The translations under genes were made by a program, and so were the position numbers. The notes beneath the pieces are model-generated. The model worked only from the letters and a program-made list of their open reading frames with translations. It ran no database searches and had not been told where the DNA came from. Below are positions 11,679 through 25,466 of a stretch of DNA of 64,000 bases, one piece after another. The stretch is from positions 160,001 through 224,000 of the forward strand of contig CAWJSR010000057.1 in assembly GCA_963845515.1 (NCBI GenBank), read 5' to 3'. Each line of letters opens with the position of its first letter. The stretch's first letter is position 1. This stretch comes from an uncultured delta proteobacterium. Its GTDB lineage: Bacteria; Myxococcota; Myxococcia; Myxococcales; Anaeromyxobacteraceae.

Positions 11679-13349
11679 CTACTCCAACCCCTGGATCGGG
11701 AAGCCGCGCGGGTAGCGGACCTCGTAGCGCAGCTCGATCGCCCGCTCCTCGCGGGCGGCCAGCTTCAGCTCCCAGATCTTCACGCCGGGGCGCTCGGGGT
11801 CCTCGCGGGTGGCCGCGGTCGTGCCTTCCAGCAGCTTCACCTGGATCTTCTCGTCGCGCGAGACGGGGACGAGATCGAGGAGCCGGACGTCGATCGGCGT
11901 CGCGTACCGGTTCTTGAGCGAGACGCGGACGCGGTATCGGAAGATCTCGTCCTTCGAGACGATGCCCGCCGTCTCGTGCTTCCGCTCCAGCACGCGCCGC
12001 TCGACCTCGACGCGCCCGTCGGCGCCGAAGGCCAGCTCCAGCTCGCCACCGGGCGGCGTCTCCGGCAGCGGCGCGCGGCCGACGAACTCGTCGCCCACGT
12101 AGACGCCCGCCTCCCCGCCCAGCAGCGGGAGCCCCGTCTCGTTGACCGCCTTCGCGGTGAGGAACACCGACGGATCGATCCTGGGCGCCGTGACGCGCGC
12201 GATCTTCGCCTTCAGCGGGAAGCGGCTGAGCGCGACGCTCCGGGCCTTCCCCGACCCGTCCACCGTCTCGCGCCGCGGCGTGGTGAAGGTGGCGGCGAGG
12301 AGCCCCTGCTCCGCCGTGGCCGACGGCGCCTCGAGGTCGTACGACTCCTCCTCTCTGGCGACCGCCATCGGGCGGGCCTCCTCGGCGCGGGCCATCATCG
12401 ACGGCGCCGACGCCGGCATGCCCCGCGCCGCCTTGGCGCGGTAGACCTGCGGCGGCGGCGCGCCAGTGAGCCAGCGCGAGTCGAGCGTCGGCACGTAGAG
12501 CCCGCGCCCGGGCTCGGCGGTGGAGACCGCGAGCTTCACGTCCTTCCAGTCCTCGCCCGACTGCTGCGTGATCTCGGCGCGCAGCGCCAGCTCCATCGCC
12601 CCCGCGTCGGCGTCGAGCCGCGCGTCCCAGACCGGCCGCCAGCTCGCCGCGCCCACGACGTAGGACACGGCCACCTCGAAGCTGCCGGACCGCTCGGTCG
12701 TCAGCTCCACCGCGATGGTCTTGGTCGTCTCGCTCCGCTTGGCCCGCAGCTTCTCCAGGTCGGCCCGCGCGGCGGCGATCCGGCGCGCCAGCTCACGGCG
12801 CGAGGTGTCCACCTTGCGGAGCTCGGCCGCGGCGGTCGCGAGCTGGGAGTCGACGAAGCCGGCCAGATCGGCCCACTCCTTCGCCGTCACCCCGCGGACC
12901 GCGAGGTTCTTCGCCCGCTCCTCGGAGTAGGTCGAGCGCAGCGACTCGACGAACTTCCGCCGCGCCTCGGCCACCTTCGCCTGGTCCTCGAGCGCGCGGT
13001 CGTCGAGCTGCAGCTTCTCCACCCGCTCCTCGGCCTCCCGGGCGGCGGCGTCCACGACCTCCGCGCGCGTGATCGCCTCGACGCTGACCCCCCAGATCTT
13101 CCCCTTGCCGGAGCCCTGCCCCTCCACCCTGACCGAGTCGTCGGTCAGGCCGACGGGGAGCCCCTCGATCAGGAGCCTGACGTCCCCGGCGGGGAGCTCG
13201 GCGCGCGCGACGCGCCCGATGCGAGCGCTCGACCGGTAGACGGTGACGCCGTCGATGCGGGAGGTGGCCTTCACGTCCGTGGCGGAGAGCGCCGCGGACG
13301 GGAGGAGGGAGGTGGCGAGGGCGAGGGTCGCGAGGACGGGCAGGCGCAT
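11679..13349 (-). CDS. DUF4139/DUF4140 (MuiA-like) secreted protein
   Basis: Signal peptide, SRIDGVTVY, coiled coil, ASWRPVWDARL, QQSGEDWKDVKLAVST. Confidence 0.8.
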   Translation of the reverse strand: MRLPVLATLALATSLLPSAALSATDVKATSRIDGVTVYRSSARIGRVARAELPAGDVRLLIEGLPVGLTDDSVRVEGQGSGKGKIWGVSVEAITRAEVVDAAAREAEERVEKLQLDDRALEDQAKVAEARRKFVESLRSTYSEERAKNLAVRGVTAKEWADLAGFVDSQLATAAAELRKVDTSRRELARRIAAARADLEKLRAKRSETTKTIAVELTTERSGSFEVAVSYVVGAASWRPVWDARLDADAGAMELALRAEITQQSGEDWKDVKLAVSTAEPGRGLYVPTLDSRWLTGAPPPQVYRAKAARGMPASAPSMMARAEEARPMAVAREEESYDLEAPSATAEQGLLAATFTTPRRETVDGSGKARSVALSRFPLKAKIARVTAPRIDPSVFLTAKAVNETGLPLLGGEAGVYVGDEFVGRAPLPETPPGGELELAFGADGRVEVERRVLERKHETAGIVSKDEIFRYRVRVSLKNRYATPIDVRLLDLVPVSRDEKIQVKLLEGTTAATREDPERPGVKIWELKLAAREERAIELRYEVRYPRGFPIQGLE

Positions 13350-13458
13350 GTTGGATCTCCTTCGAGCCGTGAGTAACGCACGGCCCGGGACGTTCGATCT
13401 GAACAAATCAGGGTGACGTGGATCACGCGCGCCGACCCGGAGCCGGCCGCGCACCCTC

Positions 13459-14634
13459 TCAGAGGGTGGGAGTCCCACCCATCTTCGTCGCGACGATCGG
13501 GTCCTGCTCTGCAGTGTGTCCCGGCAGGTCCGGCCACCAGCGCACGAGCGCCGGGGGCGCCGCCGGCTCGATGCTCTCCCCCGGCCTGGGCACCGCGACG
13601 GCCACCGCGCCCTTGCGGGCGGCGACCAGCGTCCGCTCGATCGGCTCGGTCCAGCCGTGGAAGGCGAGGTTGAAGAGCCCCCAGTGCGCGGGCAGCATAA
13701 CGCGCCCGCGGACCAGCCGGTGGGCGACGACCGCCTGCTCCGGCCCGAGGTGCCAGTCGGGCCACCAGCGACCGTAGGCGCCCGCCTCGATCATCGTGAC
13801 GTCGAAGGGGCCGAGCCGCGTCCCGATCTCGCCGAGGCCGGGGAAGAGCCCCGTGTCCCCCGAGTAGTATGCCCGGTGCGCCGTCCCCACGAGCGCGAAG
13901 CCGGACCAGAGCGTCGAGTTGCGAGCGAAGGCCCGGCCGGAGGCGTGGCGGGCGGGCGTGGCGACGACGTCCAGCCCGCCGACGCGGGCCCTCTCCCACC
14001 AGTCGAGCTCGACGATGCGCGCCTCGGGGATGCCCCAGTACACCAGGTGCGAGCCGACGCCGAGCGGCACGATGAAGGTGGTCTGCAGGTCCTTCATGGC
14101 GACGATGGTCGCGCGATCGAGGTGATCGTAGTGGTCGTGCGAGATGACGATCGCGTCCAGCGCGGGCAGGTCGGCGAGCGCGAGCGGGGGGGCGTACCAG
14201 CGCCTCGGCCCCATCCAGGCGAACGGCGAGGATCGCTCTCCCCACACCGGGTCGGTGAGGATGGTGTGGCCGTCGATCTCGACGAGGTACGAGGAGTGGC
14301 CCAGCCACGTGACCCGCAGCCCCGACGCCGGCGGCGTACGGAAGAGGGCTGGATCGACGCGCGCCGCAGGGACCGGCTGCGCCGGGTTCCGGTGCGGGCT
14401 GGCCCGGAGGAACCCGGTCGCCGCGCCCAGCATGTCGTTCTCGAGCGGCTGCGGGTTCTCGAAGCGTCCGTCCCTCCACTGAGGCGAGCGCTCGAACCGC
14501 GCGCGCCGTGCGGCGTCGGGGCTGCGTCCGAAGGAGGCGCAGCCGTTCGCGAAGGTGCCTGCCATGACGATGACTCCCAGCGCGGCCGCCCAGCGGGCGA
14601 GCCTGCGCAGATTGCGTTTACCGTCGCCGCTCAC
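13459..14634 (-). CDS. MBL-fold metallo-hydrolase (NAPE-PLD/RomA-like)
   Basis: TWLGHSS, TDPVW, SHDHYDHLD, TPARH, SGDTG, HWG. Confidence 0.9.
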   Translation of the reverse strand: MSGDGKRNLRRLARWAAALGVIVMAGTFANGCASFGRSPDAARRARFERSPQWRDGRFENPQPLENDMLGAATGFLRASPHRNPAQPVPAARVDPALFRTPPASGLRVTWLGHSSYLVEIDGHTILTDPVWGERSSPFAWMGPRRWYAPPLALADLPALDAIVISHDHYDHLDRATIVAMKDLQTTFIVPLGVGSHLVYWGIPEARIVELDWWERARVGGLDVVATPARHASGRAFARNSTLWSGFALVGTAHRAYYSGDTGLFPGLGEIGTRLGPFDVTMIEAGAYGRWWPDWHLGPEQAVVAHRLVRGRVMLPAHWGLFNLAFHGWTEPIERTLVAARKGAVAVAVPRPGESIEPAAPPALVRWWPDLPGHTAEQDPIVATKMGGTPTL

Positions 14635-15236
14635 GGCTTCACCAGAAGCGGGGCGAAGACCGCCCGGACCGCGACGGTCATCCCCTTGCCGAACGCGTCA
14701 CGGGAGGCGACGCGATATTTCAGCCCTCGCGCGGTCGCGTTGAGCGTCTCGGAGAGCTGCCGGGCCGTAAGCCCCGCCGCCTTGTGGGCTGGCGTCAGGC
14801 CCGAGGCCCGGATCACCTTCGAGACAGCCTCGAGGAAGCGCTCCTCATGCTCTGCCAGCATCGCGCCAAGCAGCGCGCCGCTCGCCTCCATCAGATCCGA
14901 CGCCCCCGCCCCCATCGTGCCGGCATACCGGCCGACCCACTCATCGAAGGCGCCGACGAGCCGCGCCTCGAGCGAGGCCGAGCCGTCACCGAGGCGCCCC
15001 ATCGCCGCGCCGAGCGCGGTGGAGAGTGCATGCTCCACCGCGGAGCGGAAGAGCTCCTCCTTGGCGGTGAAGTGAAGGTAGAGCCCCTGCCGTGACACGC
15101 CAGCCGCCCGCGCCACCTCGTCCATGGAGGTCTTTCGGAAGCCGAACCTCGTGAAGACGGCGACGGCCGCGTCCAGCAGCTTGCATCGGCGCGGGTCCGG
15201 GGCGGTCTCTCCGTCGTAGACGGGATCGTCCATCAT
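14631..15236 (-). CDS. TetR/AcrR family regulator
   Basis: LDAAVAVFTRFGFRKTSMDEVARAAGVSRQGLYLHFTAKEEL. Confidence 0.93.
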   Translation of the reverse strand: MMDDPVYDGETAPDPRRCKLLDAAVAVFTRFGFRKTSMDEVARAAGVSRQGLYLHFTAKEELFRSAVEHALSTALGAAMGRLGDGSASLEARLVGAFDEWVGRYAGTMGAGASDLMEASGALLGAMLAEHEERFLEAVSKVIRASGLTPAHKAAGLTARQLSETLNATARGLKYRVASRDAFGKGMTVAVRAVFAPLLVKP

Positions 15237-15245
15237 TAGACATGT

Positions 15246-15271
15246 TTGACAGTATGGGCTGTTGCTGTCAA
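15246..15271. promoter_or_regulatory. Inverted repeat TTGACAG-N12-CTGTCAA, probable TetR operator overlapping divergent promoters
   Basis: Perfect 7-bp arms in the short tetR/SDR divergent gap; each arm contains a TTGACA -35 hexamer. Confidence 0.65.
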
Positions 15272-15299
15272 GTTGGGATACATCTACACGGAGAGACCC

Positions 15300-15864
15300 A
15301 TGACCCCCTGGACCTTCGACGACATCCCCGACCAGAGCGGCCGTACGGCAATCGTCACCGGCGCGAACACCGGCATCGGCCTCGAGACGGCCGAGGTCGA
15401 GCGACGCGAGCGTCGCGCGCCCGGAGGGCTGGGAGCGCCGCCCGTACCGCGCGTGGGGCGCCTACGGCCAGAGCAAGCTCGCCAACCAGCTGTTCGCGCT
15501 GGAGCTCCACCGCAGGCTCTCGGCGGCGCGATCGGACGTTCGCGTTACCGCCGCCCACCCGGGCTGGACCGCTACCGACCTGCAGCGCACGGCCTTCATG
15601 ATGCGGCTCTTCAGCCCCCTCTTCGGGATGAGACCAGAAGGCGGCGCGCTCCCGACGCTCCGTGCCGCGACGGATCCCTCCGCCATCAGCGGCAGCTACT
15701 GGGGCCCGTCCCGCTTCTTCGAGCTGAGCGGGCCCCCTGCTCCCGCGCGTATCTCCGCGCGCGCAAAGGACGAGGCCGTCGCGGCCCGGCTCTGGGAGGT
15801 GAGCGAACGTCTCACCGGCGTCACCTTCGGCCTCGCGGCGCCCTCCGCGCGTGAGGCGGGCTGA
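15300..15864 (+). pseudogene. Short-chain dehydrogenase/reductase with large internal deletion
   Basis: IPDQSGRTAIVTGANTGIGLETA, then a jump to AYGQSKLANQLF, AAHPGWTATDL, ARLWEVSE; central NNAG region absent. Confidence 0.85.
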
Positions 15865-16353
15865 CGGAGGCGGCGAGCGGCTTCCCGAGCCGCTCCGCCA
15901 GCGCCGCGTGGCGCTCGCCCACCCCGTCCAGTTCGATCCTTCGCACGTCGTCGTGGCCGGGGTCGTGCCGGAGCGTGACCGTCAACCGCTCCTCGGGGAG
16001 GGCCCCTGGGACGCGGTCGGCCCACTCCACGAGGATCGCCCCGGCGCCGCCGACCAGGTCGAAGAAGCCGGTGGCGTAGAGCTCGTCCAGGTCACCGATG
16101 CGGTAGAGGTCGGCGTGGTGGATCGGGATCCGGCCGCCGTAGGTCGCCACTATCGCGAAGCTCGGCGAGCTGACCTCCCTCGCCGGCACCCGGGCACCCC
16201 GGCAGGCGCCCCGAACGAGCTGTGTCTTCCCCGCCCCCAGCTCGCCCACGAGGGCGACACAGTCACCCGCGGCGAGGGCGCGCCCGAGCCGTGCTCCCAG
16301 CGCCGCGGTCTCGCCAGCCGAGCGGGTGACGACCTGGCGGCGCGAGCGCTCGG

Positions 16354-16357
<4 letters not shown>
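15821..16357 (-). CDS. tsaE: t6A biosynthesis ATPase TsaE
   Basis: GELGAGKT, VSSPSF, HADLYRI, VEW; GTGA overlap with the nnr stop. Confidence 0.93.
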
Positions 16358-17882
<1,525 letters not shown>

Positions 17883-17886
<4 letters not shown>

Positions 17887-18275
17887 GGCGTCCCCGCCTC
17901 CCCCTCCAGGATCACTGCCGCCGCGGCGACCCCCGCGTCGTGGGTCAGCGTCACCAGGACGCGCGCCACCCCGAGCCGCTCTGCGGCCTCGCGCGCCGCG
18001 CCGTGGAGGCGGAGCGCGGGTGCACCCTCGCCGCGCTCGACCTCGACGTCGGTCCAGGAGAGACCGGGCGGAGCGCCGAGGGCCTTCACCGCCGCCTCCT
18101 TGGCGGCGAAGCGCGCGGCGTACCGCCCGGCGCGATCCTGCCTCGCGTCGCAGTAGCCCCGCTCGGCGGCCGTGAAGCAGCGCGCGAGGAACCGCTCGGC
18201 GCGGCCGGGATCACCCGCGAGGATCCGCGCGATCCGGGCGATCTCGACGACGTCCATGCCCAGCCCCAGGATCAT
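17883..18275 (-). CDS. acpS: Holo-ACP synthase
   Basis: GLGMDVVEI, RFAAKEAAVKALG, LTHD. Confidence 0.96.
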
Positions 18276-18291
18276 GGCAGCGCACCGGCGG

Positions 18292-19023
18292 TCAGCGGCG
18301 CTCCGCGTCCCGCAGGATCTCCTTCATCTCCCGGACCGCCCGCTCCATCCCGACGAGCAGCGCGCGCGCGACGATGGCGTGGCCGATGTTCAGCTCCTCG
18401 ATCTCTGGGAGGGCAGCGACGTGGTGGACGTTGCGGTAGTTGAGGCCGTGCCCCGCCGCGACGCGGAGCCCCAGCTTCGCCGCCGCCTTGGAGGCGTCGA
18501 CGAGCCGGCCGAACTCCTTGCGCCGATCGACGGCCAGCCGCGCGTCGCAGTAGCGCCCGGTGTGGAGCTCGACGACCTGGGCCTCGACGCGGTGGGCCGC
18601 CTTCACCTGGTCGAGGTCGGGATCGATGAAGAGCGAGACCTCGATCTCGGCGTCGCGCAGGTTCTTCACCACCTTGCGCAGCGCCTCGCGCCCCACGACG
18701 ACGTCGAGCCCGCCCTCGGTGGTGAGCTCCTCGCGCCGCTCAGGGACCAGCGTCACGGTGTCGGGCTTCACCCCCCAGGCCACCTTCACCATCTCGGGCG
18801 TGGCGGCCATCTCGAGGTTCAGGCTGGTCGTGACGGTCTTGCGCATCACCTCGAGGTCGCGGTCCTGGATGTGGCGGCGATCCTCGCGGAGGTGGATGGT
18901 GATCTGGTCGGCGCCAGCCAGCTCGGCCAGCATCGCGGCGGCCACCGGATCCGGGTACTCGGTCCGGCGCGCCTGGCGAAGCGTGGCGACGTGGTCGACG
19001 TTGACTCCGAGTCGTGCGGGCAT
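18292..19023 (-). CDS. pdxJ: Pyridoxine 5'-phosphate synthase
   Basis: [42 protein letters not shown]. Confidence 0.98.
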   Translation of the reverse strand: MPARLGVNVDHVATLRQARRTEYPDPVAAAMLAELAGADQITIHLREDRRHIQDRDLEVMRKTVTTSLNLEMAATPEMVKVAWGVKPDTVTLVPERREELTTEGGLDVVVGREALRKVVKNLRDAEIEVSLFIDPDLDQVKAAHRVEAQVVELHTGRYCDARLAVDRRKEFGRLVDASKAAAKLGLRVAAGHGLNYRNVHHVAALPEIEELNIGHAIVARALLVGMERAVREMKEILRDAERR

Positions 19024-19075
19024 GGCCGGAATCTATGCGACGGGCGGGGCAGGCGCCAGCCCGCGCCCCGTCATG

Positions 19076-20470
19076 TCATCCCAGGGCCCGGAGGAGCTCG
19101 CCCGCGATCCGCTCGGCGTGCGCACGAGTCTTCCCTGCGTCCGGGCCCTCGACCAGCACGCGGACCTTGTTCTCGGTCCCGGAGAAGCGGACGAGGACGC
19201 GCCCTTCCTTTCCCAGCGCGCGCTCCACCGCCGCGATCGCCTTCATCGCCCCGGGCAGCTCGGAGAGGACGCGCCGCTGCTTGACGGCGACGTTGACGAG
19301 CGACTGCGGGACCGGCTCGAAGCAGCGCGCCAGCTCGGACAGCGGACGCCCCTCGCGCGCCATCACCGCGAGGACGTTCAGCCCTGCGGCGACGCCGTCG
19401 CCGGTCGTCACGTGATCGAGGAAGACCAGGTGCCCCGACTGCTCCCCGCCGAAGTTGAAGCCGCTCCGCCGCATCTCCTCGACCACGTAGCGGTCGCCCA
19501 CCGCGGTCCGGACGACCTTCGCGCCGACCTTGGCCAGCGAGCGCTCCAGCCCGAGGTTGCTCATGACCGTGGCGACCACGGTCCCCTTGGCGAGCTCCTT
19601 GCGCCGGTGGAGGTCTCGGCCGACGAGGGCCATGATCGCGTCACCATCGACGACGCGCCCCTTCTCGTCGGCGAGGATCGCCCGGTCGGCGTCGCCGTCC
19701 AGCGCGATCCCGAGGTGGGCCTTGTGGCGCAGCACCGCCCTGGCCATCGCCTCCGGGTGCACCGCGCCGCAGCGATCGTTGATGTTCTTGCCGTCCGGCG
19801 TCACGTTCAGGGCGACCACCTTCGCCCCCAGCTCCTCGAAGACCGCCGGGGCGACGTGGTAGCCGGCGCCGTTGGCACAGTCGACCACCACGGTCAGCCC
19901 CTCCAGCGAGAGGTCCTTCTGGAGGATCGACTTCAGGAAGACGACGTAGCGACCGATGGCGTCGTCGACCCGCTTGGCCTTCCCGATGCGGGTCGCGGTG
20001 GGGCGGAGCCCCCGAAAGTCCTCGGACCCGCTGGCGTCGAGGACCAGCCGCTCGATCTCCAGCTCCAGATCGTCCGGGAGCTTGAAGCCGTCGCGGGAGA
20101 AGAACTTGATCCCGTTGTCCTGGTACGGGTTGTGGCTCGCGCTGATGACCACGCCGGCGTCGGCCCGCATCGACTGCGTGATGAAGGCGATGCCCGGGGT
20201 CGGGAGCGGACCGGTGAGCATCACGTCGACGCCCATCGAGCAGATGCCGGAGGCGATCGCCTGCTCGAGCATGTAGCCGGAGAGCCGCGTGTCCTTGCCG
20301 ATCACGATCCGGTGGCGATGCGGGCCGTTCCGGACGATCCAGGCGAGCGCGCGCCCGAGCTGCAGCGCCATCTCCGCCGTCATGGGGTGGACGTTGGCCA
20401 CGCCGCGCACCCCGTCGGTGCCGAAGAGGCGGCGGGGGGCTGGGGCGGACGGCTTGCGCTGTGCGGGCAT
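19076..20470 (-). CDS. glmM: Phosphoglucosamine mutase
   Basis: [34 protein letters not shown]. Confidence 0.97.
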   Translation of the reverse strand: MPAQRKPSAPAPRRLFGTDGVRGVANVHPMTAEMALQLGRALAWIVRNGPHRHRIVIGKDTRLSGYMLEQAIASGICSMGVDVMLTGPLPTPGIAFITQSMRADAGVVISASHNPYQDNGIKFFSRDGFKLPDDLELEIERLVLDASGSEDFRGLRPTATRIGKAKRVDDAIGRYVVFLKSILQKDLSLEGLTVVVDCANGAGYHVAPAVFEELGAKVVALNVTPDGKNINDRCGAVHPEAMARAVLRHKAHLGIALDGDADRAILADEKGRVVDGDAIMALVGRDLHRRKELAKGTVVATVMSNLGLERSLAKVGAKVVRTAVGDRYVVEEMRRSGFNFGGEQSGHLVFLDHVTTGDGVAAGLNVLAVMAREGRPLSELARCFEPVPQSLVNVAVKQRRVLSELPGAMKAIAAVERALGKEGRVLVRFSGTENKVRVLVEGPDAGKTRAHAERIAGELLRALG

Positions 20471-20515
20471 CGCTTCTCCGGGTCTGTCTTCGCTGCGGCT
20501 ATCGGGTCCCGGAGT

Positions 20516-21358
20516 CTACCGCGGCGCAGGGAGCGCGCCATCGCGGATCGCCGCCGCGACGTCGGCCGCCTGACGGACCTCGACCACGTCGTGCACGCGG
20601 ACGATCTCCACGCCGGCCAGGACGCACGCGGTCACGGCCGCGAGCGTCCCAGGCAGCCGCTCGTCGACGGGCGCGCCAGTCACGGCACCGATGAAGCTCT
20701 TGCGGGAGGGGCCGACCAGGATCGGCTTCCCGAGCGGCCGGAGCGCGTCGAGGCGCCGGAGGAGGAGCAGGTTCTGCTCGGCCGTCTTCGAGAAGCCGAG
20801 GCCGGGGTCGACCACGATCCCGTCGGGCGCCACGCCAGCGGCCTCGGCGCGCGCGATCGCGGCGCCAAGCTCGTCCACCACGTCCCCGACGACGTCGCGG
20901 TACGCCGCCCGCCTCTCCCCCGACGGCCCGCGCGAGTGCATCACGACGAACGGGCTGCCCGCCGCCGCCACCGCCCTCAGCAGCGCTGGATCCCCGCCGC
21001 CGCTCACGTCGTTCACCAGGTCGGCCCCGGCCGCCAGCGCAGCGCGGGCCACCTCGCCCTTCGAGGTGTCGACCGAGATCGGGAGCCGGAAGCCGCGCGC
21101 GCGGAGCCGCTCCACGACGGGGACGACCCGCCGGATCTCCTCCTCGACGTCGACGGTCGGCGCCCCCGGGCGCGTCGACTCGCCGCCGAGGTCGATGAGA
21201 TCGGCCCCCTCCTCCGCCATCCGCTCCGCGCCCGCGACGGCGTCGGCGAGGGCAAGGAAGCGCCCGCCGTCGGAGAAGGAGTCCGGGGTCGCGTTGATGA
21301 TCCCCATTATGAAGGGGCCCGGCCCCTCCAGGAGCCGGGCACCCATTCGAAGCCGCAT
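20516..21358 (-). CDS. folP: Dihydropteroate synthase
   Basis: NATPDSFSDGG, GGESTRPG, DPGLGF, SRKSF, RVHDV. Confidence 0.97.
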   Translation of the reverse strand: MRLRMGARLLEGPGPFIMGIINATPDSFSDGGRFLALADAVAGAERMAEEGADLIDLGGESTRPGAPTVDVEEEIRRVVPVVERLRARGFRLPISVDTSKGEVARAALAAGADLVNDVSGGGDPALLRAVAAAGSPFVVMHSRGPSGERRAAYRDVVGDVVDELGAAIARAEAAGVAPDGIVVDPGLGFSKTAEQNLLLLRRLDALRPLGKPILVGPSRKSFIGAVTGAPVDERLPGTLAAVTACVLAGVEIVRVHDVVEVRQAADVAAAIRDGALPAPR

Positions 21359-21377
21359 CTGTCGTCCTCGCGCCCCG

Positions 21378-23306
<1,929 letters not shown>

Positions 23307-23398
23307 GTTCGGCTTCCCTTACGGCGACTGCCGTGGCGTTGGGGGTTGCTCAGTCGTTTATAACAGCACTTCCAGCCCGTTGCAGTACGCCCCCGCCG

Positions 23399-24715
23399 TC
23401 ACGGATCCGGGGCGTGGCGAACCGTCACGGAGAGGGAGCCCGCGCCAGCCGATCGGATTCCCAGCTCAGGGAGCGCCAGGACGTTTCCCTCCCCGTCAGC
23501 GAGCACGACCAGCCCGTCCCGGCGCTCGCGCGGAACCTTCCGGTCGATCAGCCACGCCTTCAGCTTCTTCCCCCCCCGCGCGCGCTCGGGCCGGATCCGG
23601 TCTCCCGGGAGCCGGCCGCGCAGGAAGAGCGGCCAGTGCACGGCGGGCGCCGCCCCGTCGGCGATGGAGACGTCCACCGTCAGGGCGCCGTGGCGGTAGC
23701 TCCCTGGCCCCGGCACGCGCACCACTGCCGGCGGCATCGCCCCACCGCGAGCGCGCTCGACCGTGAGCCTGCCGTAGGCGACGCGCGCCTCCAGTCGTCC
23801 ATGGAGCGAGAGCCGGCCGGGGCGCCCTCGGCCACAGAGCGCGAGCACCGCGTCGATCTGCGAGGCGGGGAGCGCCCGCGCGCCGGGAGAGACGGCGCGC
23901 CAGAGCCACCGCACGGCGCGCCGCCGAACCGCGCGCGGCTGCTCCTCGAGGACGGCGATCGCGATCGAGCCGTCGGCGGAGAGCAGCTCGCGCGCCCGCC
24001 TCGCGAGCGCGCGCTCGTCGTCGCGGAGCAGGTCGGCGGCCCGCGCCAGGGCCCGCTCGAAGCGCGGCTCGAGCCTTCGAAGTATCGGCACCAGCTCCAG
24101 CCGCAGCGCGTTGCGTGCGTACCGGGGCGACGCGTTGGTCGGGTCCTCACGCCAGCGGAGCCCCTGCTCCCCGAGGAAGGCGAGCACTTCGTCCCGTCCG
24201 ACGTCGATCAGCGGGCGGATCACGGCTCCCCGGCGAGGCGGGATCGCGGAGAGCCCGCGCGCCCCCGCGCCTCGCAGCGCCCGCATCAGGAAGGTCTCCG
24301 CCTGGTCGCTGCGCGTGTGACCGGTCGCGATCCGCGCCGCGCCATGGCGCGCCGCAGCCGCACGGAGCGCGGCATAGCGCGCGCGCCTCGCCGACGCCTG
24401 GACGTTGCCGGGAGCCACCGAGACCCGGACCGACTCGAAGGGCACACCCAGCCGCTCGCAGGTCTCCCGCGCGCACCTGGCATCGAGGTCGCCGCCGGCG
24501 CGGAGGCCGTGGTCGACATGGAGCGCGACGAGGTCTCCGATACGGCCGGCATCCCTGAGGGCGGCGAGCGCCGCGACGAGAGCGGTGGAGTCCGGTCCTG
24601 CCGAGAGCGCGGCGAGGACGGTATCGCCGGCAGCGGCGAGCCGGCGTCTCGCGACGGTAGCCGCCACGATCGCGGGCAGCCCCCTGATGGGGCTCTTTTC
24701 GTTTCGGTGGCGCAC
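23399..24715 (-). CDS. tilS: tRNA(Ile)-lysidine synthetase
   Basis: ALSAGPDS, HVDHGLR, ARRARY, GHTRSDQAET, DPTN; start uncertain. Confidence 0.95.
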   Translation of the reverse strand: MRHRNEKSPIRGLPAIVAATVARRRLAAAGDTVLAALSAGPDSTALVAALAALRDAGRIGDLVALHVDHGLRAGGDLDARCARETCERLGVPFESVRVSVAPGNVQASARRARYAALRAAAARHGAARIATGHTRSDQAETFLMRALRGAGARGLSAIPPRRGAVIRPLIDVGRDEVLAFLGEQGLRWREDPTNASPRYARNALRLELVPILRRLEPRFERALARAADLLRDDERALARRARELLSADGSIAIAVLEEQPRAVRRRAVRWLWRAVSPGARALPASQIDAVLALCGRGRPGRLSLHGRLEARVAYGRLTVERARGGAMPPAVVRVPGPGSYRHGALTVDVSIADGAAPAVHWPLFLRGRLPGDRIRPERARGGKKLKAWLIDRKVPRERRDGLVVLADGEGNVLALPELGIRSAGAGSLSVTVRHAPDP

Positions 24716-24921
24716 CGTTCCATCGACTCTTACAGATCGAACCGATGGCGCGGAAGGGGTCTAGCAGGAGGGAATGAACCCGTCACCCGGCTGTTTGCAG
24801 AGATGAAGGCCGAAGGCTCACTGCCGCGTTTGGGCGATGGTTTATGCCTCCTTGCCATTCGCCGGGGTACATGGAATGTTCGGCGGGCTTGAGCGGATGA
24901 TTCTGGCGGTATCGTGATTTT

Positions 24922-25004
24922 CTTGGCGTTGGGCCTGGGGGTCCCCCCCCTCCCCCTCTGGGCCCACCGGGGAGCTGGCAGAAATGCCAGCTCCTCTTTT
25001 TTTT
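24922..25004 (+). ncRNA. Candidate small RNA (C-rich-loop hairpin plus intrinsic terminator)
   Basis: Hairpin 24930-24966 with TCCCCCCCCT loop directly followed by a strong terminator, with no upstream plus-strand gene to terminate; 5' end is a guess. Confidence 0.5.
24969..25004 (+). terminator. Rho-independent terminator
   Basis: GGAGCTGGCA-GAAA-TGCCAGCTCC followed by TC and T8. Confidence 0.85.
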
Positions 25005-25111
25005 GCCCGAAGTAGGATCCGGGCGCAGGCTTGCGGATCGAAGCGCCTTGACCCAACAGCCGGCGCCATCGTACAAGGGCGACGTTTCCACACACCTATT
25101 TGGGAGCAGCA

Positions 25112-25327
25112 ATGGCCGCAACCGACAAGCGCAAGCAGTCGCTCTACTTTCCCGAGGACATGCTGAACGAGATCCAGACGGAGGCGAATCGTCAGGATCG
25201 TTCGCTCTCCTGGATCGTGCAGCAGGCCTGGCGCATCGCTCGCGGCGAGATCATGCGTTTCCCGTCCGTCAACGACGTTCTCTCGGGGGCGGCCCGCCCG
25301 GACGAGCGCGAAGAGCGCGGCAGCTGA
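25112..25327 (+). CDS. Small myxobacterial RHH-like protein (TIGR04563, MXAN_4361/4362 family)
   Basis: DKRKQSLYFPEDMLNEIQTEANRQDRSLSWIVQQAWRIAR; GGAG RBS; promoter-like TTGACC-18-TACAAG at 25048-25077. Confidence 0.88.
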   Translation: MAATDKRKQSLYFPEDMLNEIQTEANRQDRSLSWIVQQAWRIARGEIMRFPSVNDVLSGAARPDEREERGS

Positions 25328-25364
25328 GCAGCGCTCCGCCCTGCACGAAGCCTCAGGCAGCCCC

Positions 25365-25407
25365 CGAAGCCCGCGCTCCCACGGAGTCGCGGGCTTCGTC
25401 GTCTTTT
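25365..25407 (+). terminator. Probable intrinsic terminator
   Basis: CGAAGCCCGCG...CGCGGGCTTCG stem followed by TCGTCTTTT. Confidence 0.65.
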
Positions 25408-25466
25408 GACTCGATCGGCGCTGGCCGGTAGGCTCGCTCCTCACCCTTGGTCCGGCCCGTGCCCCG

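Noticed and set aside
24922..25004. Identification as Pxr or another named RNA family
   Set aside because: Only the general architecture is reminiscent; I cannot match the sequence without a covariance-model search.
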